A DNA stretch of 64,000 nucleotides, taken from assembly GCA_045805065.1 (NCBI GenBank), contig JBJMMA010000259.1, positions 2,874-66,873 on the forward strand, written 5' to 3'. Under the pieces are notes generated by a model. That model searched no databases, was not told where the DNA came from, and saw nothing but the letters and a program-made list of their open reading frames with translations. Origin of the DNA: Bdellovibrionia bacterium. GTDB taxonomy: Bacteria; Bdellovibrionota; UBA1018. This document shows positions 30,626-39,940 of this stretch, piece after piece. Every line of letters starts with the position of its first letter. Within the stretch, counting starts at the first letter, position 1. The translations under genes were made by a program, and so were the position numbers.

Positions 30626-32566
30626 TTGCAATCACAGGGGGCACGTATGAGATTTCATTCTTTTTTGATGGCTGTAGCACTTTTAGGCGCACAGACCGCG
30701 TTTGGGGACGTCTGCAGCAAAGTATCCGAGAACCAGGTCGCACAATTGACCTGTCCTGCGGGTCAAACTATTACGAACATTGGTTTTGCGAGTTACGGGA
30801 CCCCCTCCGGCGCATGCGGCAGCTATAGTGTCAGCAGTTGCAACTCCAGCACCTCCAAGAGCGTCGTGCAATCGGCGTGTGTAGGCAAAGCGTCTTGCCA
30901 AGTCAGTGCTTCGAATTCCTTGTTTGGCGATCCTTGCAGTGGCATCACGAAATCTCTTGCCATTCAAGCCGTATGTTCGGCTCCTTCAACCTCAAACGCC
31001 TGCACGAGTGTGGCCGAAAGTCAGTCCGCGGCACTCACTTGTCCATCAGGAAAGGTCATTTCAAGCATTACCTTTGCGAGTTACGGGACCCCAACTGGCT
31101 CGTGCGGCAGCTTTGCAGTGAGCAGCTGTAACGCAAGCACCTCGAAGAGCGTTGTGCAATCGGCATGTGTAGGCAAAGCATCCTGCCAACTCAGCGCTTC
31201 AAATTCCTTGTTTGGCGACCCTTGCAGTGGCGTAGGCAAAAGGCTTTCTGTCCAGGCAGTTTGTTCTTCAGTGGTTCCAAAACCAAGCCCTAGTCCAAGT
31301 CCGACTGTGACTCCAAAGCCTACTCCGACGCCTACTCCATCGCCTACGCCGACTGCGACTCCGCTTCCAGCCGTGGGCTCAAATGTCGTCGTACCTAGCG
31401 CGATCGCTATCCCAGCCTCGACGCTTGCCTTGCCAAGTGGCATCGCCAACGGATCATCTGCTTCAAGCCCAACCGTTGTCAGTCTGCAATGCGGACAAGT
31501 TTATCGGGGAACGCTTGATCTCAGCTACAAATCCTACATCTCCGTGAAAGTCGCAGGTACCTGTGGCAAGCCGACCATCATTCCTGCATCCAATTCACAA
31601 GTCGGGATTAATGCTGTTGGCGCAAACACCATCAAGATCAGCGGCATCAAAATCCAGGGCGCATCTCAAGGGATCAACGTGAACAATGCGAAAACCATCA
31701 GCATTGATAACGTGGATATCTTGAACAGCTCCAACGCCGGGATTTTTTGCAGCGGTGTGAATGGCATGACTGTTTCGAACAGCAGTATCAGTAACAGCGG
31801 CGTCACGGGTGTCGACAGCCTGGGCGCGGTCAGCAACGCGACGATCACTAACACGACGGTTTATAATACCAGCAAAGGTAGCGGCGGCGCAGGTGGCGTC
31901 GGCATCTACTTCTATAACGGTACTAACAACCGGATCGATCACGTATCTGTCAGCAACTCTGCTTATCACGGAATTGTCTCTCTTGAGACAACCAATTCCT
32001 ATGTGACGAACAGCATAGCTCAAAATAGCTGCACAGGTCCTGATAAGGATTGTGGCGCAATCTACACGGCACAGAAAGCCACGCCACATGCCGGTCTTAA
32101 TCTGATCATCGACAACAACAAAGTGGTCACCAGTGGAGGCAGCGGCATCTACCTCGATGACTATGCCAATGGCGTGACCGTCTCATACAACGACGTCTCC
32201 GGATGTTCAGACGGGATGATATTGCACAATGGATACAACAACAATATCCATCACAATAAGATCGCCAACAGCGCGGTTGCTCACGTCACCATGGGCCAGG
32301 ACACTGGAACCATGCACGACAACGTGTTCACGTATAACGCGATGAACTCCACTCATGGCGAATACGGTTACCGACTTGAAACCGGAACCAACCTGAGCAC
32401 CTTTGCCCGGTATGACAACAACACCTACCAGAGCACCAATGTGAGCCACTTTGGCCGCCTCTGGCAGGGTGGCTCGAGCCCTGGCATCGACGCCAGCTAC
32501 AGCGCCTGGAAATCAACCTACATGCCAGGTCAGGATGCTCACTCAACGATGAACGGTGCCCAATAA
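30626..32566 (+). CDS. Secreted protein with two tandem SUEL-type (galactoside/rhamnose-binding) lectin domains, a Pro/Thr/Ser linker and a right-handed parallel beta-helix domain
   Basis: Signal peptide. A ~115-aa repeat occurs twice with 'ASYGTP.G.CGS..VSSCN.S.SKSVVQSACVGKASCQ.SASNSLFGDPCSG', matching the SUEL/Gal_Lectin cysteine pattern. Linker 'PKPSPSPSPTVTPKPTPTPTPSPTPTATP'. C-terminal 'NSS/NSG/NTT' repeat rungs are typical of pectin-lyase-fold beta-helices. Confidence 0.75.
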   Translation: MQSQGARMRFHSFLMAVALLGAQTAFGDVCSKVSENQVAQLTCPAGQTITNIGFASYGTPSGACGSYSVSSCNSSTSKSVVQSACVGKASCQVSASNSLFGDPCSGITKSLAIQAVCSAPSTSNACTSVAESQSAALTCPSGKVISSITFASYGTPTGSCGSFAVSSCNASTSKSVVQSACVGKASCQLSASNSLFGDPCSGVGKRLSVQAVCSSVVPKPSPSPSPTVTPKPTPTPTPSPTPTATPLPAVGSNVVVPSAIAIPASTLALPSGIANGSSASSPTVVSLQCGQVYRGTLDLSYKSYISVKVAGTCGKPTIIPASNSQVGINAVGANTIKISGIKIQGASQGINVNNAKTISIDNVDILNSSNAGIFCSGVNGMTVSNSSISNSGVTGVDSLGAVSNATITNTTVYNTSKGSGGAGGVGIYFYNGTNNRIDHVSVSNSAYHGIVSLETTNSYVTNSIAQNSCTGPDKDCGAIYTAQKATPHAGLNLIIDNNKVVTSGGSGIYLDDYANGVTVSYNDVSGCSDGMILHNGYNNNIHHNKIANSAVAHVTMGQDTGTMHDNVFTYNAMNSTHGEYGYRLETGTNLSTFARYDNNTYQSTNVSHFGRLWQGGSSPGIDASYSAWKSTYMPGQDAHSTMNGAQ

Positions 32567-32607
32567 CTTAGGCTCCTGATCTAGACATCGACACTAAGGA
32601 GAGGCGC

Positions 32608-32655
32608 TTGAAGTGATTGAAACCACTTTGAGCGCCTCACTCTTTTTGAGCTTGT
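32608..32655 (+). terminator. Hairpin terminator after the lectin/beta-helix gene
   Basis: Imperfect inverted repeat 'GAGGCGCTTGAAGTG...CACTTTGAGCGCCTC' followed by 'ACTCTTTTT'. Confidence 0.4.
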
Positions 32656-32701
32656 GAGTTCTCAGAGTGAGAATGGTTCAACAAGTTTTTTAATCAAGAA
32701 G

Positions 32702-32968
32702 TCAGCCGCGTTTTCGGACCAGCTTTTCGTAGGGCGGCAAGTTAATTTGCTCTTTAAGGGCTTCCTGATAGGCTTCTTCCAAGTGCCACGAGGTCTTTTC
32801 ATAGGAGAAAAGGAGCTCACAAAGACCGGCAGTATCCTCCGCATCAGGAGAAGCCTCGTCGAGCTCCTTTTTAAGCACGTCGATCATGTGATCGACAGCT
32901 TGGATAATCATGACCAAGTCATTTCCTCTAATCATCGGCATTGAAGTTCCTTTCTTCACCCGTCCCAA
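32702..32968 (-). CDS. Hypothetical small charged protein
   Basis: An 88-aa ORF with a helical, charged composition. No homology recognised. Confidence 0.3.
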   Translation of the reverse strand: MGRVKKGTSMPMIRGNDLVMIIQAVDHMIDVLKKELDEASPDAEDTAGLCELLFSYEKTSWHLEEAYQEALKEQINLPPYEKLVRKRG

Positions 32969-33060
32969 TAGTCATTAGGATGGACGGAAGAATCAGTTTA
33001 GTCATCCATAAACCAGAGTAACTGGGCTCACCCAACACTCAAAGCCGGTAAGGCGCGTCG

Positions 33061-33074
33061 CTCCGCCGGCGGAG
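33061..33074. promoter_or_regulatory. Palindrome core CTCCGCCGGCGGAG, copy 2, about 105 nt upstream of the AlkD-like gene
   Basis: Seen directly. Lies in a divergent intergenic region. Confidence 0.4.
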
Positions 33075-33179
33075 TCAACTCAGGCTCCTTTGCCGGACTC
33101 ATAATCGTCAGCAGGCTTTTCTCAAGCTCGGAGAACAAACGATGCTGCCCTTTTTCGCGCATTAGAATAAAGACTGATT

Positions 33180-33872
33180 ATGCCCACCTCCAAACTCCTC
33201 AGCGAGCTCCGCCGTGAGCTCAAAAAAGCTGCGGTCCCCGCGAAGGCGCCTGAGATGCAGGCCTATATGAAATCCAAGATGCCTTATCACGGCGTACAGA
33301 CGCCGATGAGGCGGCTGATCTGCAAGCAGCTTTTCAAAAACGTTGAATTCAAAAACGCCCGGGAATGGGAGACGGAAGTTCGAGCAATCTGGGAAGGCGC
33401 TCGCTTTCGTGAAGAACGATACTGCGCGCTCCAGCTTTGCAGCCACAAAAGCGCCGACGAATTTCAAACCCCCAAAGCTTTGAAACTTTACGAGGATCTC
33501 ATCGTGGATGGCGCCTGGTGGGATTATGTGGATACGCTGGCAGCCGACCGAGTCGGAAATCTTCTGGAGCGCTACCCTGCTGACATCAAACCACTGATGC
33601 TCCAATGGAGCCGCTCGGCCGACATGTGGAAAAGGCGCACTTCGATTATTTGTCAGCTTGGCTTTGGTTTAAAAACTGATCTTAAGCTGCTTTATGCGTG
33701 CATTGAGCCCTCGTTGGGATCAAAAGAATTCTTCCTCCAAAAAGCGATCGGCTGGGCAATAAGACAATATGCCTGGAAGGACCCAAAAGAGGTCAAACGC
33801 TACGTGGCCCAAAACGAAGATCGACTTGCACCTCTCAGCCGTCGTGAGGCTCTGAAAAATCTGAATCGCTAG
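33180..33872 (+). CDS. DNA alkylation repair protein (AlkC/AlkD-like HEAT-repeat glycosylase family)
   Basis: 'MQAYMKSKMPYHGVQTPMRRLI' and 'DGAWWDYVDTLAADRVGNLL' match the DNA_alkylation family pattern. 230 aa. Confidence 0.65.
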   Translation: MPTSKLLSELRRELKKAAVPAKAPEMQAYMKSKMPYHGVQTPMRRLICKQLFKNVEFKNAREWETEVRAIWEGARFREERYCALQLCSHKSADEFQTPKALKLYEDLIVDGAWWDYVDTLAADRVGNLLERYPADIKPLMLQWSRSADMWKRRTSIICQLGFGLKTDLKLLYACIEPSLGSKEFFLQKAIGWAIRQYAWKDPKEVKRYVAQNEDRLAPLSRREALKNLNR

Positions 33873-34077
33873 CCGAGCACTGAGGCTCTCAGAACCCATA
33901 TCGCATTGCAGCGAACGAGCTATTGAGTGTGAATTTATTCAGTTTTACGACGATTTTAAGATGAAAATGAGGCTGATTTTCCAAAATGGCCCCAGAGTCA
34001 AAACACTAAATTTATTTTGAAATTCTGAACCGGAACCCTTGCCTATATTGCCCACTTGGTTATGATCCGAGGCTCAT

Positions 34078-35070
34078 ATGGCATCTCGGCTTCCGATTAC
34101 AGTACGCCTAGAGAGCTTCGAAGGCCCTCTGGATCTTTTGCTTTATCTGATCCAAAGCCACGAGCTCGATATTTCGAAGATCTCGATTTCGAGGATCACG
34201 GACCAGTATCTCGCCTACGTGCGATTGATGCAGGAACTGAACTTCGATACCGCCAGTGAGTTTTTGGTCATGGCTGCAACTCTTCTTCACTGGAAGAGCA
34301 AAGCCGTGCTCCCGCAAGAGGACAAGCAGGACCAGGCCGGCGCGAATGCGGAAGACGGCCTCCTCAGCCAGGAAGACCTGATCCGACAATTGCTCGAGCA
34401 TCAACGCTTCAAGCAAGCTGGCCAGGACCTGGCGCAGCTCCCATTGCTGGGCGAAGATATTTTCACTCGTCCTACCCGCCGCCCTCCAGTTGAGAAAGTC
34501 TGGAAGGAAATGAACCTGACTGACCTCACCCTGGCTTATCAGGACATGCTGGTCCGTCAGCGCAAGCGTACGACGATTCTTCGCAAGGAAACCGTTTCTC
34601 TTGCGAGCAAGATTGTTGAGTTTCGCGATAAGCTCAAGGTTGGAAAGCTTTCTGAGTTCCGTGAGCTTCTTTCCGCTGCACCTTCCAAGCCTGAGATTGT
34701 TGCGGCCTTCCTGGCAACGCTCGAGCTTTCCCGCCTGAAAAAGATGCGCGTCCATCAAGAGATGACCTACGCGCCGATCTGGCTGGAGCTTCTTGAGTCG
34801 CTCAAGAACTTTGACGAGAATATGGCCGATGGATTTAGCAATCCAAACCCGCAGCCTAAAGAAGAAGGCGCGACAGAAATCAATCCAGAACAAGCTGAGG
34901 CGCTTCTCGCATCGGCTGAACTTTCAAAAGCTCAGCCGGGTAACCCTCAAGCACGTCCTGAAGACGATCGTCGTGCCGCCATGGACCTCTCCGGTGAAGT
35001 GGAATTTAACCCGCTGGCAGAGTTGGACGCTCAAATGGGCGGAAACTCCGATCTCGTGCGTAGAAACTGA
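34078..35070 (+). CDS. scpA: Segregation and condensation protein A
   Basis: 'FEGPLDLLLYLIQSHELDISKISISRITDQYL' is an ScpA N-terminus. Followed by scpB. Confidence 0.85.
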   Translation: MASRLPITVRLESFEGPLDLLLYLIQSHELDISKISISRITDQYLAYVRLMQELNFDTASEFLVMAATLLHWKSKAVLPQEDKQDQAGANAEDGLLSQEDLIRQLLEHQRFKQAGQDLAQLPLLGEDIFTRPTRRPPVEKVWKEMNLTDLTLAYQDMLVRQRKRTTILRKETVSLASKIVEFRDKLKVGKLSEFRELLSAAPSKPEIVAAFLATLELSRLKKMRVHQEMTYAPIWLELLESLKNFDENMADGFSNPNPQPKEEGATEINPEQAEALLASAELSKAQPGNPQARPEDDRRAAMDLSGEVEFNPLAELDAQMGGNSDLVRRN

Positions 35071-35084
35071 GCAGGAACGATTTT

Positions 35085-36692
35085 ATGACCGAAAAAGAAA
35101 ACAACCATCTCGACTCGGAACAAAACTCTCAAGACATGAGCGCTCCAGAAGATGCGCCCCAACATTCTGAAAAGAAGCAGAACGACGACGGCGTCTCTTA
35201 CGTCTCTTTGATTTCTGACCCCTATGGCTTCACCAACAATGAAGTTTCGGAAGCTCAAGACAGCTCCGAGCCATTGAACCTCGATGAGCCCCAAGATGAG
35301 TTCGAAGATGATTTTGAAGACGACGAAGACACCGGCATGAATATGTCCGAGTCTGCATCCGAAGACGATGAAACCGAAGTTTCCGCCATCAGCATGGCCG
35401 ATCTTCGTGCCCAGGCCCAAGCAGAAACAGCAGCTCAGTCTGAGTCTGATTCCGCCATTGAATCGTTTGAAGTCGACACGGAAGAGTTCGTTGCCGCTGA
35501 AGACAACGGCGCTCTCGATCGCCTCGCCGGCGCAATCACTGAGCAAACTGAAAAAGACCGCATCGAAGCTGAAGAGCTTGTCGCAAAAGCCGCAGAAGCT
35601 TTGGCTGATTGGACTCCAGATGCAGACGCAAAAGCTGCCATGGAATCCGCCAATCAACTCGCGTCTCAAATTGCTGAAGACCAAGCCCTTCAAGCAGAGC
35701 TTGCCAAGGAAGCTGAAGAAGCCGAACAAATCGACCCAGCTCTGGCTGCTGCTCTCCCCCAACGTGGCGAAGACGGAAGCCTGGATCTGAACGAACTTCA
35801 ATCCGCCATCGAAGCCATCCTCTTCATGGTCGATAAGCCAATTTCCATGGCTCGTATCCACGAGATGCTCGGCCCGGATTTTGAGCTCAATCTCTTCCAA
35901 GAAGCGATGTCAGCTCTCATGGATCGCTATCAATCCACCGCTCATGGCGTGGAAATCGTCCAAGTCGCCAACGGCTATCAGTTCCGCACCAAGGCGGGCC
36001 GCGCAGCACTTGTGAAGAAGCTTGCCAAAGTTCAAACGCAACGCCTCTCCAGCGGCGCGATGGAATCGCTTGCGATCATCGCTTATCGTCAGCCTGTTCT
36101 GAAGGACGATATCGACAAGATCCGCGGCGTGGACTCCTCTTACTTCATTCGTCAGCTTCTGGATAAGAAGCTCATTCACATCTCGGGTCGTTCGGAACTC
36201 GTGGGTCGCCCACTCCTCTATTCAACCACGGATGAATTCCTCTCGCTCTTTAACCTCAAAGATCTTTCGGCAATGCCATCGCTCCGCGAGATTGAGCAGA
36301 TGATTCCTGCGTCTCAGTCCCAAAACCCAGAGGATGAAGATCCTCGCGTGAAGGAAATGCGCAAGCTCGTTGGCCAGATGAAGTCTGATACCAGCGTCTC
36401 GCTCATTTACGACGCTCGCGAAGACGAGAAGATTCTCAAGGACATCAAGGAGCGCGTTGGCTCGATCGCAACGACGACACCTTATCTTGAGCAGCAGAAG
36501 GAAATCGAAAAGCAGACTGCAGAAGCTGCTAAGCATGGCATGACCCTCGAAGAATGGGGTGCCGCTCAAGCTGCTGCCGCTGCCGCGAAGGAAGCTGAAA
36601 AGGCCGCTGCAAAAGCTGGATCTGAAGAAGCTCCTGAAATGCTTCCAGAAGCAGCTCCTTCCGAGACCCCAGCTGAAGTTCCTCACCACTAA
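35085..36692 (+). CDS. scpB: Segregation and condensation protein B with long acidic N- and C-terminal extensions
   Basis: ScpB core 'LQSAIEAILFMVDKPIS ... ESLAIIAYRQPVLKDDIDKIRGVDSSYFIRQLLDKKLI' begins near residue 237. The preceding ~236 aa are D/E/S-rich low complexity. Confidence 0.8.
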   Translation: MTEKENNHLDSEQNSQDMSAPEDAPQHSEKKQNDDGVSYVSLISDPYGFTNNEVSEAQDSSEPLNLDEPQDEFEDDFEDDEDTGMNMSESASEDDETEVSAISMADLRAQAQAETAAQSESDSAIESFEVDTEEFVAAEDNGALDRLAGAITEQTEKDRIEAEELVAKAAEALADWTPDADAKAAMESANQLASQIAEDQALQAELAKEAEEAEQIDPALAAALPQRGEDGSLDLNELQSAIEAILFMVDKPISMARIHEMLGPDFELNLFQEAMSALMDRYQSTAHGVEIVQVANGYQFRTKAGRAALVKKLAKVQTQRLSSGAMESLAIIAYRQPVLKDDIDKIRGVDSSYFIRQLLDKKLIHISGRSELVGRPLLYSTTDEFLSLFNLKDLSAMPSLREIEQMIPASQSQNPEDEDPRVKEMRKLVGQMKSDTSVSLIYDAREDEKILKDIKERVGSIATTTPYLEQQKEIEKQTAEAAKHGMTLEEWGAAQAAAAAAKEAEKAAAKAGSEEAPEMLPEAAPSETPAEVPHH

Positions 36693-36811
36693 GCGGGAAC
36701 TTAAAACCGCGGCTGCCTGGGCTTTAGGGATTGCGTTTTACGCCATCCTCAGGCATTAATGCGGCATATCATTTTACCGGAACGGCGGGAGCTGTCCCAA
36801 AGGAGCCCTAC

Positions 36812-37876
36812 ATGGCACAAGAACGCGTACAGAAGATCTTAGCTCAAGCAGGCATTGCCTCTCGCCGTAAGGCTGAGGAAATGATTCAACTCGGCGAAGT
36901 CACGATTAACGGAAAGCTCGCAAAACTCGGCGATAAAGCCGATCTGGCCACCGACTCAATTAAAGTTCGTGGAAAGCTTCTTCACACCAAGGAAGCCCCT
37001 GTTTACATCGCTCTCTACAAGCCCAGGGGCGCGATCTCCGCGATGTCGGATCCTGATGGCCGCCCTTCCCTCACGGAAGTTCTCCAAGGCAAGGTCAAGC
37101 AGCGCGTTTATCCGATTGGTCGTCTGGACTTCTCGAGCGAAGGCCTGATTCTGATGACCAATGACGGTGCCTTTGCTGAAAAACTTCAAAAGATGGAAGG
37201 TGTGCCTCGCGTTTACCACATCAAGGTTCGCGGCCGTCCTGATCCATCCATGATTGCACGCCTCGAAAAAGGCGCGCGTCTGGGCAATCGCCTGATCAAG
37301 CCTCACTCCATTCGCCTGGCTGAAGAGCTTGCCAACAAAGTTCGCATTGAAATCGTCCTTACCGAAGCAGGTGCTGTGGACGTGAAGACTCTCTTTGAGC
37401 AAAAAGGTTTCCTGGTAGAGAGCATTCGTCGGACTGCGATCGGACAAATCACTCTTCGCGGACTGAAGCCCGCTGAGTTCCGCTACCTCAAGCCTTCACA
37501 AGTGGAAGCGCTCCTCACCAATCCTGAGCTTGGCCTCAAGAATATTCCTGATGATGGACGCCCTCAGCCTGAAGGACAAGGCTTCCATTATCGCCGCCCA
37601 GAAGGTGAGCGAAGCGCCACGCTCGCAGGTAGACGCGAAGCTGCCACCGGTGCACAACGTGAGACAGGCGATAAGCCCGCACTTCCACGTCCAAGAGCTG
37701 CCGTTTCTGGCGCGTCCAAGGCACCAAAGCCAAGAAGCGCATCAGCTGGAGCTAGCAGTGGCGGTCCAAAGCCCTTTGTAAAGCCAAGAGCGGCTGGTTC
37801 AAAGCCAAGCTTTGGAGGACGCGGCGCACCAAAAAGCGGCATCCGTGTCGCACGAAAAAAGAGCACTCGCGGCTAA
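36812..37876 (+). CDS. rluB: 23S rRNA pseudouridine synthase RluB (RsuA family) with a basic C-terminal tail
   Basis: S4 domain 'RVQKILAQAGIASRRKAEEMI' and catalytic 'RLDFSSEGLILMTNDG'. ATG 36812 is preceded by 'AAAGGAG'. The ORF extends to 36731. Confidence 0.85.
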   Translation: MAQERVQKILAQAGIASRRKAEEMIQLGEVTINGKLAKLGDKADLATDSIKVRGKLLHTKEAPVYIALYKPRGAISAMSDPDGRPSLTEVLQGKVKQRVYPIGRLDFSSEGLILMTNDGAFAEKLQKMEGVPRVYHIKVRGRPDPSMIARLEKGARLGNRLIKPHSIRLAEELANKVRIEIVLTEAGAVDVKTLFEQKGFLVESIRRTAIGQITLRGLKPAEFRYLKPSQVEALLTNPELGLKNIPDDGRPQPEGQGFHYRRPEGERSATLAGRREAATGAQRETGDKPALPRPRAAVSGASKAPKPRSASAGASSGGPKPFVKPRAAGSKPSFGGRGAPKSGIRVARKKSTRG

Positions 37877-37901
37877 TTTCTGATAAACATCCCCCCGCAA
37901 C

Positions 37902-39539
37902 ATGATGGGGTGGAAGAAACTATCGATTAGCAAAAAGCTCACGTTCATCGTGGGTCTCATGGCCTTTCTGATTGCCGGCGAATTGCTTGCGCTTGCATTC
38001 TCCATGAACGTGCTATCAGCAGTCCGCGCGTTTGTTGAGGGCGAAGGCGATTGGTCCAAGGCGCAGAAAAACGCGATCTTCGATCTGCAGCACTACGCCC
38101 TCACGCACAGCGAATCCGATTACCAGGAGTTCCTCAGCGAGTTCACGGTGTCCGAGGGCGATCAGATGGCCCGCACGGAGCTGATGAAGCCCCTCCCGAA
38201 CATGGACATCGTCCGAAAGGGATTGATTCAGGGCCATGTGCATCCGGATGACATCGACTCAGTCGTCAAGCTGATCCGACACTTCTATTGGGTAAGCTAC
38301 TTGGATCAAGCCATTCAATACTGGCACCGGGGCGATGATCTGATGGCTGCGCTCAAGGATGCAGGAGCGCAGTACCGCGACACGCTCTCCAAGCATCCTC
38401 CGGAAAAAAAGAAGCTGGAGGAAATCGCGGCCCATATTCGCACCATCAATCGTGAGCTTACGGTCCTGGAAGAAAACTTTTCCACCGCCTTGGGTGAAGG
38501 TTCGCGCTGGCTTGAGCACATTGTCCTGTCGCTGCTCTTTGCCGCCGTTCTGTCGATTGAATCCATTGGCCTGACTCTCACCTATCTCACCAGCCGTCGC
38601 ATCACGCGGGGATTGGCAAAGCTCAATGAGGCTGCCCAACGGATCGGTCAGGGAGATTTTGATCATAAGCTGAAGATCACTTCTCACGACGAGATCGGAA
38701 GGCTCAAGGAATCCATCAATCAGATGGGCACGCTCCTGTCCGGCACCTATCAAACGCTCGAGAGACGCGTTCAGGAGCGAACGCTTGAGCTCTCCAAGCT
38801 TGCGGAAGAGAACTCGCAGCTTTACGAAAAAACCAAGGACGCACTCGAATCGCGCGATGAATTTCTCTCCATTGCATCACACGAGCTCAAAACCCCGCTC
38901 AGCGGCATGTATCTTCAGCTTCAGCTGATGCGAAAGCTTCTTCCTCAGGTGCCTCCTTCGGAGACAACCGATAAGTACAAACGCCTTCTTGAAGGCTCCA
39001 TCAAACAGACGGAGATGCTGAACGGTCTCGTCGAGGAGCTTCTGGATCTCACCCGCATCCGCGCCGGCAAGCTCGAACTGCGGAAGCAAGAGTGCGACCT
39101 CAAACCCATTCTGGACAAATCCCTCACCCAGCTTTCTTTGGACATCACCCGAAGCAAGAGCCCGTTGAGCGTCGATGCGGATTCCAAAGTGGTTGGAAAT
39201 TTTGACCCTCTGAGAATGAGTCAGCTCATGACCAATCTCATTTCCAATGCCGTGAAATACGGCGCAGGCAAGCCGATTGAGGTTTCGCTCCGCTCGCTCA
39301 AGAGCATGGCCGAGTTTCAGGTCAAAGACCAAGGCCTTGGGATTCCTGAGGAAAAGCAGAAAGCGATTTTCGAGCGCTTTGAGCGCGCCGATCTGACGAA
39401 GGAAATCTCAGGACTTGGCCTGGGGCTCTACATCACCAAACAACTGATCGAAGCTCATGGCGGCAAAATCCAGGTTGAAAGCCAGGTGGGCCAGGGCTCG
39501 GTGTTTAAGGTCCTTCTTCCGCTCGACGCTGTGCAGTAA
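37902..39539 (+). CDS. Membrane sensor histidine kinase
   Basis: N-terminal TM helix, a HAMP-like segment, H-box 'SIASHELKTPLSG' and G-boxes 'GLGLGLYITKQLIEAHGG'. Confidence 0.8.
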   Translation: MMGWKKLSISKKLTFIVGLMAFLIAGELLALAFSMNVLSAVRAFVEGEGDWSKAQKNAIFDLQHYALTHSESDYQEFLSEFTVSEGDQMARTELMKPLPNMDIVRKGLIQGHVHPDDIDSVVKLIRHFYWVSYLDQAIQYWHRGDDLMAALKDAGAQYRDTLSKHPPEKKKLEEIAAHIRTINRELTVLEENFSTALGEGSRWLEHIVLSLLFAAVLSIESIGLTLTYLTSRRITRGLAKLNEAAQRIGQGDFDHKLKITSHDEIGRLKESINQMGTLLSGTYQTLERRVQERTLELSKLAEENSQLYEKTKDALESRDEFLSIASHELKTPLSGMYLQLQLMRKLLPQVPPSETTDKYKRLLEGSIKQTEMLNGLVEELLDLTRIRAGKLELRKQECDLKPILDKSLTQLSLDITRSKSPLSVDADSKVVGNFDPLRMSQLMTNLISNAVKYGAGKPIEVSLRSLKSMAEFQVKDQGLGIPEEKQKAIFERFERADLTKEISGLGLGLYITKQLIEAHGGKIQVESQVGQGSVFKVLLPLDAVQ

Positions 39540-39666
39540 TGCATTAATCTCAAGAATGCTGTTTTTCGAATTGACTAAAGGCAGCCTAAAGGACTAAGTT
39601 CTCGGAGCTTCCTCACTGGCAAAAGCCGTTTTAAAGACAGCTTTGAAAATGAGCAAGCAGTTATGT

Positions 39667-39743
<77 letters not shown>

Positions 39744-39761
39744 TTAAAGCAAAAGTAAAAA

Positions 39762-39796
39762 GGGCCTGACTCAATGTCAGGCCCTTTTTCGTTTTT
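39762..39796 (+). terminator. Rho-independent terminator after tRNA-fMet
   Basis: Perfect hairpin 'GGGCCTGAC-tcaat-GTCAGGCCC' followed by 'TTTTTCGTTTTT'. Confidence 0.65.
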
Positions 39797-39940
39797 AGAA
39801 GCACGAACGCTGCAACCGTTTTTCAGCAGCCATGCTTCCAGGGTTCGTTTCTTCACTCCGACCCAGCTATCTTTACAAGGACGCCTGTCCTACTTACCTA
39901 TTCATTTGCATGTCACGCACCTTGCAGCAACGACGAGTAG

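Noticed and set aside
34108-35900. Minus-strand ORFs (261 and 289 aa) antisense to scpA and scpB
   Set aside because: They sit opposite well-supported genes, are rich in Leu/Phe and lack start context.
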